From: Candidatus Curtissbacteria bacterium
GTDB taxonomy: Bacteria; Patescibacteriota; Microgenomatia; Curtissbacterales; GWA2-41-24
Direction of reading: 5' to 3'
NCBI GenBank assembly: GCA_024654445.1
Contig: JANLHP010000017.1
Coordinates: 210,524 to 268,154, forward strand
DNA length: 57,631 bases
Shown: positions 1-9,476 of the stretch, one piece after another
Position numbering within the stretch: position 1 is the first letter of the stretch
How the letters are laid out: every line of letters starts with the position of its first letter
The notes under the pieces: generated by a model
The model's database searches: none
The model's input: the letters and a program-made list of their open reading frames with translations, nothing else
What the model was told of the DNA's origin: nothing
Position numbers and translations under genes: made by a program

Positions 1-121
1 ATGTTGTCGACATAACAAGTGCGACTGTGCCATTTTTAAGAATCACCAGGTTGTCGATGATGTCCTCGATGTCCAGATGTGCCTGAGTTGAAGCTGTGGT
101 TTTGGACTGTTTTTTAGCCAT
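1..121 (-). CDS. N-terminus (runs off window) of conserved CPR TraC/VirB4-associated protein that follows PrgI
   Basis: Own translation MAKKQSKTTASTQAHLDIEDIIDNLVILKNGTVALVMSTT; the STQ.HLDI.DI....VILK.G motif is typical of this CPR family; lies directly downstream of PrgI. Confidence 0.7.
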   Translation of the reverse strand, partial: MAKKQSKTTASTQAHLDIEDIIDNLVILKNGTVALVMSTT

Positions 122-123
122 AT

Positions 124-236
124 TGGTTTTAATTTCTAATTTAAAATTTCTAATTTTTAATCAAATTCTAAAATCTAATTTTTAAAACATTAATTCATTG
201 AAAATTCATTAAAAATTTCAAATTAAGAATTAAAAA
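124..236. repeat. AT-rich heptamer-period imperfect palindromic tract
   Basis: AATTTCT/AATTTAA/AATTTCT/AATTTTT units followed by reverse-orientation units (AAAATTC, AAATTAA, AAAAATT). Confidence 0.6.
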
Positions 237-1580
237 TTATGAATCATTGTTTAGTTTTATTTCCATTGGGTTGACGATTTGCCCGTTTAGGTCTATTTGA
301 AGTGTGTGTGGAGTCTGTTGGGTTTGAGACTCTATTTCTACTGTGTAGGCGCCGTTTCGGAGCGGGGTAGTGGAGAGAAATTGGCCATTCTTGTTGGTTT
401 TTAAGGCTCTTACAGGTACGCCATCGCGATCCTTAACGATTAGGATGACATTTTCTATGGGAGCCCCGTCATTGTTCTTGATAAATCCAGAAACTACGTT
501 TGGTGTTGAGCCTATCGGGTTTGCGATAGGATTTTGGACAGGTGGCGTTGGTGGCACAATACTTTGCATAGTTTCTTGAGGAGCCGCAGGCGTGTTTTCA
601 ACTGGCGCAACGGTGGTTTCTTGAGAGCCTTCTTCGCCACCAAAGCGTTTTTTTAACTCCTCTGAAATTTCAAAGCGTCTTTCTCCCAATATCGGAAGCT
701 TGGAAAGATCAAAGCCTTCTGGGGGCGCGAAGTGGAGTTTTCTGGTGCGAGTCTTTCCGATGCCATGTATCAGCCTAGTATTCTCGCCTGGGGGTTTAAT
801 AGAAATTACGTTTTCGATAGTGAAGTTTGCTTCTGACGCGAGCCTCGTTTTTACGTTCGGTGGAGCGATATTTACCGTTTGGTGAGGAGGTTCTTGCTGC
901 TTTAGCCTCTTTTCGAGGCCGGGGATTGCGTATGGCTTGGCGAAATGGGCGATTTTGGGGCTGCTTGTGGGGGCTGCGTGTACAGATGTAGCTTCGCCCA
1001 ACTGTGGAAGAGATTCCGGGGCAAGAAATTGTCCTTCTTCACGAGGTTTTGTCGGCCAGGAAATTACGGGGGGCAATTTGCCAGTAAGCGTTTCTTGGGT
1101 GGGAATTTGAGGGCTAAGGCCGAGCCTTTGAAGCGCGATTTGTTCTTTCGTATCTAAAGGAGAGGATTGTTGTTGGGGCAGGGTTCTCAGGTACGCGTCG
1201 AGGCGCTCTCTGCCTTGGGCGGTGACAGGCTCCTGGTTTAAGTCCTGGTTTGAAACTAAAGAAGTGACGACATTGAGATATTCGGGCACCCTCGTCTCTT
1301 TAACCCAAACTCTTTGAGTAGGAGAAGTGACCGCCTTTATGAAATCTACGAGCCATTTGTCTAACGGCCTGCCTTGAATGGGAATGAGCGCTGAAAAGAG
1401 GGCAAAAAGGCCGATTACGAGGGCAAGCGGAAGCCTAACTACGGCTGGAAGTGGGGAAAAAAAGGTTAAAACGGCGACGGACATCGGGATTGCCAAAGTT
1501 ATAAATTGGCGGATGGTCAAATTCCCAAAGAGCTTGAATTGGAATGAAGCTATATGCTGCGGGACAGGATGTTGTTCCAT
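237..1580 (-). CDS. PrgI-family protein with C-terminal carboxypeptidase-regulatory-like (Ig-like) domain
   Basis: MEQHPVPQHIASFQFKLFGNLTIRQF, two TM helices and GRPLDKW; C-terminal VSGFIK..DGAPIENVILIVKD..G.PVRALKTNKNGQF. Confidence 0.85.
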   Translation of the reverse strand: MEQHPVPQHIASFQFKLFGNLTIRQFITLAIPMSVAVLTFFSPLPAVVRLPLALVIGLFALFSALIPIQGRPLDKWLVDFIKAVTSPTQRVWVKETRVPEYLNVVTSLVSNQDLNQEPVTAQGRERLDAYLRTLPQQQSSPLDTKEQIALQRLGLSPQIPTQETLTGKLPPVISWPTKPREEGQFLAPESLPQLGEATSVHAAPTSSPKIAHFAKPYAIPGLEKRLKQQEPPHQTVNIAPPNVKTRLASEANFTIENVISIKPPGENTRLIHGIGKTRTRKLHFAPPEGFDLSKLPILGERRFEISEELKKRFGGEEGSQETTVAPVENTPAAPQETMQSIVPPTPPVQNPIANPIGSTPNVVSGFIKNNDGAPIENVILIVKDRDGVPVRALKTNKNGQFLSTTPLRNGAYTVEIESQTQQTPHTLQIDLNGQIVNPMEIKLNNDS

Positions 1581-1872
1581 GGGCGTAAATCGGTTAATCG
1601 CTGAATCGATAAATTGCTAAATAGATTAATCGCATAATCGCTGAAATTGTCACTGTGTTGTGGCTAGAACGATTGAACAGTTAAACGATTCACCAATTTC
1701 ACAAATTTAACGATTTAACTATATATCAATGTAACGATTAAACCTTAACATATGAAACAAGGTGCGAATAGTAGAACATTTAGTCTCAAAAACCTGACAT
1801 TTTCACAAAAATTTACCTTTTCAGAAAACTCAGCCAAATCAGAAAACCGGGCCTCAATCGGAAAATCGGAGA

Positions 1873-2029
1873 AAAGGTCTCCCTGAGTTCAAAGGTGAAA
1901 TCCTTCGTGATTTAAGGTGGCATCCTTGCTTGCCCGCCTTTGGAGGGAGTTTTTGAAAGGTGCCCTACCTTAAATCTAAAAAGTACTTCCAGGTATTTAA
2001 GGTCTCACCTTAAAGAAGGGTGAGACCTT
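1873..2029. repeat. Composite palindromic element, AAGGTCTCACCTT family (copy 1)
   Basis: GATTTAAGGTGGCATCCTTG...GGTGCCCTACCTTAAATC plus AAGGTCTCACCTT-AAAG-AAGGGTGAGACCTT; near reverse-complement of 17861-18017. Confidence 0.85.
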
Positions 2030-2186
2030 CTTTAAGACTTTACTGACACTCTGACCATCTGACTTTCTGAGTATTCCGAGTTTTTTGGGTGTCTTTTCCT
2101 GTCCGGATTCGTGTCAGGGTTAAGTCAAGCAACTATAGGACAAGTCGGTATAATTGGCCAAAGTGAAGGAGCACTTAGAAATATAA

Positions 2187-5100
2187 ATGAGTATGGAACT
2201 TGATATAATTCAACTAATGCCTGAAGGAACCTCCCGTAGAAAAGAGGACGAGTATCCTCAAGACGAGCTGAAAAAAGACGCCCAAGCTGAAAAATCGAGG
2301 GCTGAGGCTAAAGCACGTGAGAAGGATAAAAGAGAGGCTGAGCGCAAAGGCAGGCAAAAAGAGAATGAGGCGCAGGTAAAGAACAACGAAGACGCTGCTT
2401 CTCAGGCACAAAAAACTCCCAAAAAACAAGAAGAGGAAGAAGAACGAGTAGTTGTCTTCAAAGACATGAGGGTTGCTTCAGAACTTTCAAACGCGGTTCG
2501 CAATAAGCAAGATATTGTTGCTTCAGAAGACGAACTTCAATCCTTAAGAAATATTCTGACGGTTGTTGGCAATGATTTGAAAGATGTCGAAAAGATGTCT
2601 GTCGGTCAAATGTTGGTTGCCGTTCAAGAAGTTGCGCAGGATGAGCGTATTGTTGTGGCTGACGCTGAGGAAGAGGACTGGCTGAATGAGAAGGGACAAC
2701 CCGAAAGAGTCGCAGAGGAGAAAGAAGTGCAGCAGTTGATAGAGACTGCCAGAAGTAAGGACGAAGTGAAGCTCGATGCAGAAAAAGTCGAAAAGTATGT
2801 GAAGGTCTCGACAGAAAAAGTAAGTAAACCCAGGGCTAAGGCCGCAGTACAACAAGCGGAAATTGATCCTGACAGTCGTGCGCTCAAGCTCGAGGGCGAG
2901 GGTGGGACAACGTATGTCGTTGCCACATCCAAGCGACTTTACAACTTAGAACATCGCCAAGTAGAAGCTGTTTTCAGGTCGCAGGGCGTCGATGTCAAAG
3001 TGCCGAGTGCTGAAAGATGGAATAGGGCGAGCGGTTGGGTGCGTCAAAAATGGTTACACAAACACGACATTGTTAACACTACCGAATTGCCGGAGGTGGA
3101 TGACGAGGGACGATTTATATACAAGGACAGAGGACACGGGATGACTTTTGTGGTGGCCAAGGATGGTACCAAAAAAGGACTTATTTATGGTCAACGAGGC
3201 CGAGATATAGACTTTGACGCGCTTAATGGACTGGTAGCCCGAGCCGGGATCGATGTTGATATAGAAAAACCAGAGGGTTGGGAAGATATGTCTTTTGATA
3301 GAAAGAAAGACTTGTTTAGAGAAAAGGAGATCTTCTTGCCTTTACCCGCATCCGGTGGTGCTGGTGGGGGTGTTATTTACTATGACACGCAAGACTTAGG
3401 TGTGGAGATGGTGGCGGGTCCTCCAGGTACTCCACCCAGGCGTCAGTTGAATCACCAGGAGGCAACCACGCTTTTGATGAGAAGGCTAGTTGATCTGGAT
3501 ACTGACGAGCTGACGCAACCCGCTGCGAATGTCGATAGACAAGAAGTTTTTGAAAGGCTGAGAGATGTTTCGGGGGAATATTATGACATTCTCCGTAACA
3601 CCCGAGGTATCCCTTACGAGCGTTATAAAGGTACTGTAATTGAAGTTTCGCTAATTGAGCTTAAAGCTTTAGAGTCTCTTGAGCGAAATATGGGCACTGC
3701 AGCTTTCGCTACCTCCGGTTATGAGGCTGAACGACAAGCACTTTATAGAGAGTTAGCGGACATTGGGTCTACAGAGGAAATTCTTCATAGAATAATTTAT
3801 ATAAAAACAGAGCCTGTTCCTGGGCCTCCAACGCCCGCTCAACATGACGAACTTCAAGCCCTGATTGGAGCAGTCGAATTTCAAGTCGGGACTGCTGAGA
3901 ATTTGGCAGCAGCTAAGGGTGAAGGATTCAGGTTGGTGAACAACGTGATAAAGGGTCTGGAAAAGCAGGAAGTTTTAACGCAAAAGATTCCGAACCAGAG
4001 AGATGTCCTTGATGACACAATTTCTGAGACACGAAGGAAGGATTTGAGGGCTTTGTTAAAGGAGATGGGTGGGCATTTTAAGGAAGTAGAGAGGCAGATC
4101 GGAGTGAAGGCAAAGAATTCTCTTTACATTCCCCTCAATGAAAAAATAGATGAATTGGAAAAGTTGGCAAGTATGGGAAGCACTAATAAGGACGAGATCG
4201 ATGAGCAGCTATATATTTTTGCTTTAAGTTTGCCTTCACCTCGCGGCACAGAAGGACTTTTGGAGTGGCGCGCGGCTATTTCTACAGAAGGGGTTGAAAG
4301 GAACATTTTGCGACAGGCGGAGGTGGGTGTACCTCGCGCTTGGAGTGAATCGGAGAGAAACGCTGAAAATAACTTTAGATACATAGAATCTTCGGACCTT
4401 TCCCAGGAAGAAGTGCGTGCCGCTCTCGGAAACGTTGTCGCAATTTCCGAGGCATTGTCGCGTATCAAAGGAACTGAAAGGATTGACGCTCTACGAATGA
4501 AAGAGAAGATAGACAAGCAAAAACTCGCGGTAGAAGGTAAATATTATCAAAGAAAATTGACGTGGAATGGCGACGGGAACCCGGAGAAGTTTATTCAGAT
4601 TTTTGAAGGTGACCAATGGAATGATGAAACGAGGGGTGTTTTTCAATCGAGGTTTGACAGAGATCATGAAGGGAACGAATACAAAGGGACTGATAACTTC
4701 GGCAACGAAGTAAAATTTAACATGGCTGATTTGTCCACAACGACTTGGTATAGACAACTTTATCGCGACCACGAGGATTTTAATTTGATAGAACCTTTGA
4801 CAGCTTTAAACATCTCGGCACAAATAGTACGGGGTGACGCTACGTGTAACCAAATTGAGGGGATGCTTCGGAGAAGGCTTTTGGATTCGGAGATAACGAG
4901 ATTGAACGAATTAAGGCAGATTTTTAAGAATGAGGTTACACCCGAGGTTTCCTTAATTCCGAATCGTCCTCCCGGTCCCCCTTCCGATGCTGAAATTGAC
5001 AAGTATTGGGCTGACCCGAAAAATGCCGAAGGTATTATCTCTGCTTGGCATAAGAGGACTACTCTTGTGGGTGCGCATGGCAAGGATGATAGTGTTGCCA

Positions 5101-6398
5101 ATGTTGCTCTTGCTCAGCAAAAAAAGGACGTTTGGAAAGGCAGAATACATCAGGATTTAGTAGATCGCTTAAGGAACGAATTCCACATAAGTAACGAGAC
5201 CATAGAAGAATGGGAAGAAGCAGGTTTACTGGATCAGGCTGTAAATGTGGGCTATTGGGAAGGGTACATGGATTCGGCTTTTTCGGAGTTTGGACTTGTG
5301 AGGATTTTTGACAGGAGGAAAGTGTTCTATCGTTTGGATAATGCAAAAATTATGGGAATACCGCCTGCGGGTGGAGGACCTGCTGGGTATGAAAATATGG
5401 ACAACGTTGTCCATTACCAGGTGTATTCTTCGGTCTACGGAGAAGAAAGCAATATTTATAACCAACGAAGGATAGATTTTGGTCCTGAATGGATTCTCGA
5501 TGAACTTAGGGGGAAAACAGGCAAAAACGTAGACAGGGATTTGGATACAAATACGGTATTATGGGAAAAAATGCTTGGCAAAAGAAGGGGTATGCTTCAC
5601 AACAATAGGATGTCAGTAAAGTACACAAGCGATAAATTCCGAGAATCGAAAGATTTTGCGCCAAAACTTTTAACAGCTAAAGCCAAAGAATATGGCTATA
5701 GTACTTTTGAGGATTTTAAGAAACTATTAAAGGATACGATGAATAATTTGGACAATGTAAGAACTTTGGACATCAACGATGATGAATTTGATGAATCCTG
5801 GGCAAGAGGGGCCGCTCTAGCGGAGTTATTCGAGGACGGCTTTCTCTCTTTTGAGGGAATTAATTGGAGCGAAGTCTACAATAATAACGACACAAACGTT
5901 TCCAAATTCAACATGGGTGACTGGACGGGCGATCGTAAATCGACGTGGGATTTTTATGGGACAGAAGGTTTGCAACGCTACCTGAAAACGCCGAACACTA
6001 AGATTTTCTTCGATGTTATGAGTGAAAAGTTCTTCTATTCCAAGAGGGAAAATCGGCTTAAGTCTTGGTACAAAATAGTGCTTCCTGCGCATTTCGAAAT
6101 TGGGGATCACTGGAAGGAATGGTATAGCTCGAACTACAACATGACTAGCGCCGAGAAGGAAGAGATGATCGAAGAGGCCGTTTCTATCAACCGATTGGAA
6201 AAAGAGGCTGAGAGTGCTTTTAAAGCGCAGAATTTAGGAATACTTCCGGTTCGCAGAGCATTTCAATTTTATGAAACATGGAGAATAATAGCTGAAGAGA
6301 CAATCACTAAAAGATCTTTCAATCTTTTCCTCAATTTCTTACTAGAAATGTTTAAAGGAATGTTTGGGCAATCAATGGCTCAGCTAGAGGGAAAATAA
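2187..6398 (+). CDS. Large (1403 aa) hypothetical helical protein, antisense to the surrounding secretion locus
   Basis: Long uninterrupted ORF; charged N-terminus, internal ~70-aa duplication, Pro/Gly linkers; no recognisable family. Confidence 0.85.
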   Translation: MSMELDIIQLMPEGTSRRKEDEYPQDELKKDAQAEKSRAEAKAREKDKREAERKGRQKENEAQVKNNEDAASQAQKTPKKQEEEEERVVVFKDMRVASELSNAVRNKQDIVASEDELQSLRNILTVVGNDLKDVEKMSVGQMLVAVQEVAQDERIVVADAEEEDWLNEKGQPERVAEEKEVQQLIETARSKDEVKLDAEKVEKYVKVSTEKVSKPRAKAAVQQAEIDPDSRALKLEGEGGTTYVVATSKRLYNLEHRQVEAVFRSQGVDVKVPSAERWNRASGWVRQKWLHKHDIVNTTELPEVDDEGRFIYKDRGHGMTFVVAKDGTKKGLIYGQRGRDIDFDALNGLVARAGIDVDIEKPEGWEDMSFDRKKDLFREKEIFLPLPASGGAGGGVIYYDTQDLGVEMVAGPPGTPPRRQLNHQEATTLLMRRLVDLDTDELTQPAANVDRQEVFERLRDVSGEYYDILRNTRGIPYERYKGTVIEVSLIELKALESLERNMGTAAFATSGYEAERQALYRELADIGSTEEILHRIIYIKTEPVPGPPTPAQHDELQALIGAVEFQVGTAENLAAAKGEGFRLVNNVIKGLEKQEVLTQKIPNQRDVLDDTISETRRKDLRALLKEMGGHFKEVERQIGVKAKNSLYIPLNEKIDELEKLASMGSTNKDEIDEQLYIFALSLPSPRGTEGLLEWRAAISTEGVERNILRQAEVGVPRAWSESERNAENNFRYIESSDLSQEEVRAALGNVVAISEALSRIKGTERIDALRMKEKIDKQKLAVEGKYYQRKLTWNGDGNPEKFIQIFEGDQWNDETRGVFQSRFDRDHEGNEYKGTDNFGNEVKFNMADLSTTTWYRQLYRDHEDFNLIEPLTALNISAQIVRGDATCNQIEGMLRRRLLDSEITRLNELRQIFKNEVTPEVSLIPNRPPGPPSDAEIDKYWADPKNAEGIISAWHKRTTLVGAHGKDDSVANVALAQQKKDVWKGRIHQDLVDRLRNEFHISNETIEEWEEAGLLDQAVNVGYWEGYMDSAFSEFGLVRIFDRRKVFYRLDNAKIMGIPPAGGGPAGYENMDNVVHYQVYSSVYGEESNIYNQRRIDFGPEWILDELRGKTGKNVDRDLDTNTVLWEKMLGKRRGMLHNNRMSVKYTSDKFRESKDFAPKLLTAKAKEYGYSTFEDFKKLLKDTMNNLDNVRTLDINDDEFDESWARGAALAELFEDGFLSFEGINWSEVYNNNDTNVSKFNMGDWTGDRKSTWDFYGTEGLQRYLKTPNTKIFFDVMSEKFFYSKRENRLKSWYKIVLPAHFEIGDHWKEWYSSNYNMTSAEKEEMIEEAVSINRLEKEAESAFKAQNLGILPVRRAFQFYETWRIIAEETITKRSFNLFLNFLLEMFKGMFGQSMAQLEGK

Positions 6399-6458
6399 CG
6401 TCTTCGGCGACCAAATTAATGTTCTAATCCTAAAACTGAAGCCTTTACGTTCTCTCCA

Positions 6459-7940
6459 TTATTCTTCGCGCGGTCCGGGTCTTGTGTGCATTTCCTTTCC
6501 ATACATACCCCTGCTATAAATTCTCTCAAATGCAGCTTCTCTGGTCGCGTGGGCTCGTGCTTCACCGACTGGTTTATACGCTTCTCTAAATGGTCTGGCC
6601 GCAAGACTACCCGCAGCTCCAACAGCTGCTACGCCGCCCCCGATATTCAATCCGCCTTTGACTCCAAACCTATCTTTTACAAGTTGCGCCGCGCTCGGGG
6701 TCATCAGCAAGAATCCCAAGCCGATTAAACTCCCTATATTATTGAGGCCAAGGTTACCAGAAAGAAGGGGAAATTGTCCAATGTCGCCCGGTTTAAACGC
6801 GGGTTGGTCGTTTATGCCTCCTAGGTTACCAACGCCGGAAAGTATGCCCGCGAAAATGAACATTATCGCGACAACTGGAAAAACGGCTATATTGGCGCCT
6901 AGCTGCCTGAACCATTCTCTGGCGCCGTTATTACCAGGCATTGCCTGGACCAATAGTAGAAAAGGTCCGAAAACTGTAAGGATGATAATGGTTACGTAAG
7001 CCATCAAAAGCATGAAGAAAACCCGGAACATGATGAAAAGCATCGCTATTGCTAAAATTATGCCGGCTATTGACCCTCCAAACATGCCGACCACCTTGGA
7101 CAAAAATCCATCTCCAAATAATTGACTAATAAGGTTTTGGATAGCCGTAAAAACTTGATCGAATATTCCCGTAAGTGAGCCCATGACTACGCTAAACACG
7201 TTCGATTTAACTACGTTTTGAGCATTTTCGTTAACAAGGCCCGCTTGTTCAAGAGTAGTTATTACAACGTTTAGAAAAACGAACATTAGGTCTATCATGA
7301 GGCCAACTATCGCGTAACTGAAGGTGACAAGAATTAAGGCGATAACGATTCTCGGTATGGAATCTTGAACTGTAGCGACTGCCTGCGGGGAAATGTGTGT
7401 GCGGAACATGACCATAAAGCCAATGATGACAAAAACTATCACGAAGCCCATGTAGGAAATATTGCGAAAGACGGTCCATAAATTCTGGACTGGTGTTAAG
7501 GCTTGGTAGCCGATTCCCTGGGCGTAGGCCGGCTGAATCGGGTTAAACCTTTCTATTTGTTGCGCGAAGTATTGAGTGCCGGAAGCGGGGGGAGTCGTGA
7601 TTATGCCTGCGACCATTCTGCCTGTTACGTTGAGCGCTCCGGTGGTTTTTGTAACGTCGTTTGTTTCTGAGTGGAGCTGAGAATGACCTGTCAAAAGCGT
7701 GAGCAAGCTGTCGGCAGTTCCCGCGATTTGGTTTAAGTTGAATATTTTATCGTCGTAAACTTGTTTAGTTACAGCCGTTGTGTTGAGTTCTCTGATGCTT
7801 TCAGCTGCGTCGAGAGGTGTTTGAGCGTAGACTGGCGACAGAGTTAAGAGAATAGAGAGTAGAGCTAAAAGCGCAAAAATTACTAAAGCGATTGACAATT
7901 TACGATTAACAATTAACGATAAAACGGCAGTTATTTTCAT
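6459..7940 (-). CDS. VirB6/TrbL-like polytopic membrane protein of CPR T4SS-like locus
   Basis: Signal peptide, W..FRNISY...IGFMVMFR and IPRIVIALILVTFSYAI motifs, 6-8 TM segments, Gly/Ala-rich then basic C-terminus. Confidence 0.75.
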   Translation of the reverse strand: MKITAVLSLIVNRKLSIALVIFALLALLSILLTLSPVYAQTPLDAAESIRELNTTAVTKQVYDDKIFNLNQIAGTADSLLTLLTGHSQLHSETNDVTKTTGALNVTGRMVAGIITTPPASGTQYFAQQIERFNPIQPAYAQGIGYQALTPVQNLWTVFRNISYMGFVIVFVIIGFMVMFRTHISPQAVATVQDSIPRIVIALILVTFSYAIVGLMIDLMFVFLNVVITTLEQAGLVNENAQNVVKSNVFSVVMGSLTGIFDQVFTAIQNLISQLFGDGFLSKVVGMFGGSIAGIILAIAMLFIMFRVFFMLLMAYVTIIILTVFGPFLLLVQAMPGNNGAREWFRQLGANIAVFPVVAIMFIFAGILSGVGNLGGINDQPAFKPGDIGQFPLLSGNLGLNNIGSLIGLGFLLMTPSAAQLVKDRFGVKGGLNIGGGVAAVGAAGSLAARPFREAYKPVGEARAHATREAAFERIYSRGMYGKEMHTRPGPREE

Positions 7941-8006
7941 GCGGGCTGTAGCCGACTTGTGTGGCTTAATTCCATATTAGGAGTAAAGGGTAGGGTAGGT
8001 CAAATG

Positions 8007-9125
8007 TTAAGAGGCTTTCTGTTGGTCTGCCAGTTGGTCCTTAAGGGTTGCTGGTACTTCTGTGGTGCTTACCGCCGCGGCTCGCGGCAATCCTCTTATA
8101 AATTCTTCAACCATTGCAAGGAGAAGAGATCTTCTCCCTGGGTCGTTCTCCTTAATGGCTTGGAGCATTTTATCGGCCATTTTTACAAGATTTTCTTGGG
8201 TTTCCTTTAAGGCTTTGTTTGATTCTCGCAACTGACCTCTAAGCTCTGCCATTTGTTCCATTAGATCCCCGATTGCTTCTTCCTGGCGCTCGGGTGTGTT
8301 GGCTATTCGATTGAGCGCGTCTTTTATTTTGGGGTCTGAATCTGCCAGTTTCTGGGCTTCTTCGGGGTGATCTCTCACGAACTTATAAGCAGCTACATCG
8401 AGTTCATTTTGTATTATTTGCTCCCTTTCCTCAAGCGTTATACCCCTTGGGTCTGGATTTTCCGGGTCTTTTTCCTTTGCTTTCGTTTCTTTTGCTCTAA
8501 TTTCTGCGTCTCTTGCTGTTACTCTTGCTTCTGCTGCTTCTCGGACGTTTTCGTAGTCCGGAGTGCCTACATCTGAGACTTCGATTGGCTCGGACACAGC
8601 CTGTTTTTGAGCGTCGATTTTATCAAGTGCTGATTTTACAAGGGGATCTCTTCCGGCTAATGCTCTAGCTTGATCTGGGTGCTGCGTGGCATACGCGAAA
8701 GCGGCGATTTCAAGATTGTTTTGGCGGATTTGTGCTTTTAATTCGGGGGCGATATTTTCTCCTGCTGTTTCTCTTGCAGTGATGCTATCGTTTGTCGTTC
8801 TCTCGGCCTGGTCGACCATCGCTTGATAAGCAGGATCTTGTATTTGTTGTTCTGGAGCAGGAGGGGGAGGTGTGGGTGGTTCTGCGTGTGGAGGTAAGAC
8901 TTGAGGCGGATCTCCCTCACTCGGTACATGGGCAATTGTGCCTTGGGCTAATTCTTGTACGACTTGCTCTGTGCCGGCTCCACTGGCGGCTTGTTCAAGA
9001 GCGGCAGCCGCGTCAGGTCCTGTTGCTTCCGGCCCTGTTCTCGGAGGAACAGGTTCTGGGGGCGGAACGGGTCTGGGAGCTTCAACTGGTGTTACTGGAG
9101 GTACTTCTGTAAAATCTCCTGGCAT
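8007..9125 (-). CDS. Hypothetical protein (Pro-rich N-terminus, two helical repeats, coiled coil)
   Basis: 372-aa ORF; start overlaps the stop of the upstream gene. Confidence 0.8.
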   Translation of the reverse strand: MPGDFTEVPPVTPVEAPRPVPPPEPVPPRTGPEATGPDAAAALEQAASGAGTEQVVQELAQGTIAHVPSEGDPPQVLPPHAEPPTPPPPAPEQQIQDPAYQAMVDQAERTTNDSITARETAGENIAPELKAQIRQNNLEIAAFAYATQHPDQARALAGRDPLVKSALDKIDAQKQAVSEPIEVSDVGTPDYENVREAAEARVTARDAEIRAKETKAKEKDPENPDPRGITLEEREQIIQNELDVAAYKFVRDHPEEAQKLADSDPKIKDALNRIANTPERQEEAIGDLMEQMAELRGQLRESNKALKETQENLVKMADKMLQAIKENDPGRRSLLLAMVEEFIRGLPRAAAVSTTEVPATLKDQLADQQKAS

Positions 9126-9454
9126 TATGCCGCCTTTCTGGCAACTTCTAGTGCTTCTTCTACTTTGCCGCCTCTTATTAATTGTTGCATCTGTGATACT
9201 GCCGCCTTTGCCTTTTCGTCCTCGTAAGGGGCAGCATGCTTTAAGTATACAGATTTTGCTTCGGGGTATTTTTCGCCAAGAGTATTAATTTTTCCCAGAA
9301 AATCCTCTTTATTGACAGCGGGCAGAATGGCTAGGAAATCGCGGGCAAGATTTTGGGCTTGGCCCATCGTAATTTTGCTCTCGCGCATGTGGGTGATGAT
9401 GTAAAAAAGGAGGTCTTTTTCGACGCTATCGGTCAATTGCTCGAGGTCGGTCAT
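9125..9454 (-). CDS. Conserved CPR-type small helical hypothetical protein
   Basis: 109-aa ORF with its own TGA-TATGAT -10 motif 6 nt before the ATG. Confidence 0.8.
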   Translation of the reverse strand: MTDLEQLTDSVEKDLLFYIITHMRESKITMGQAQNLARDFLAILPAVNKEDFLGKINTLGEKYPEAKSVYLKHAAPYEDEKAKAAVSQMQQLIRGGKVEEALEVARKAA

Positions 9455-9476
9455 AACTAAATCATATCAAACGTAG

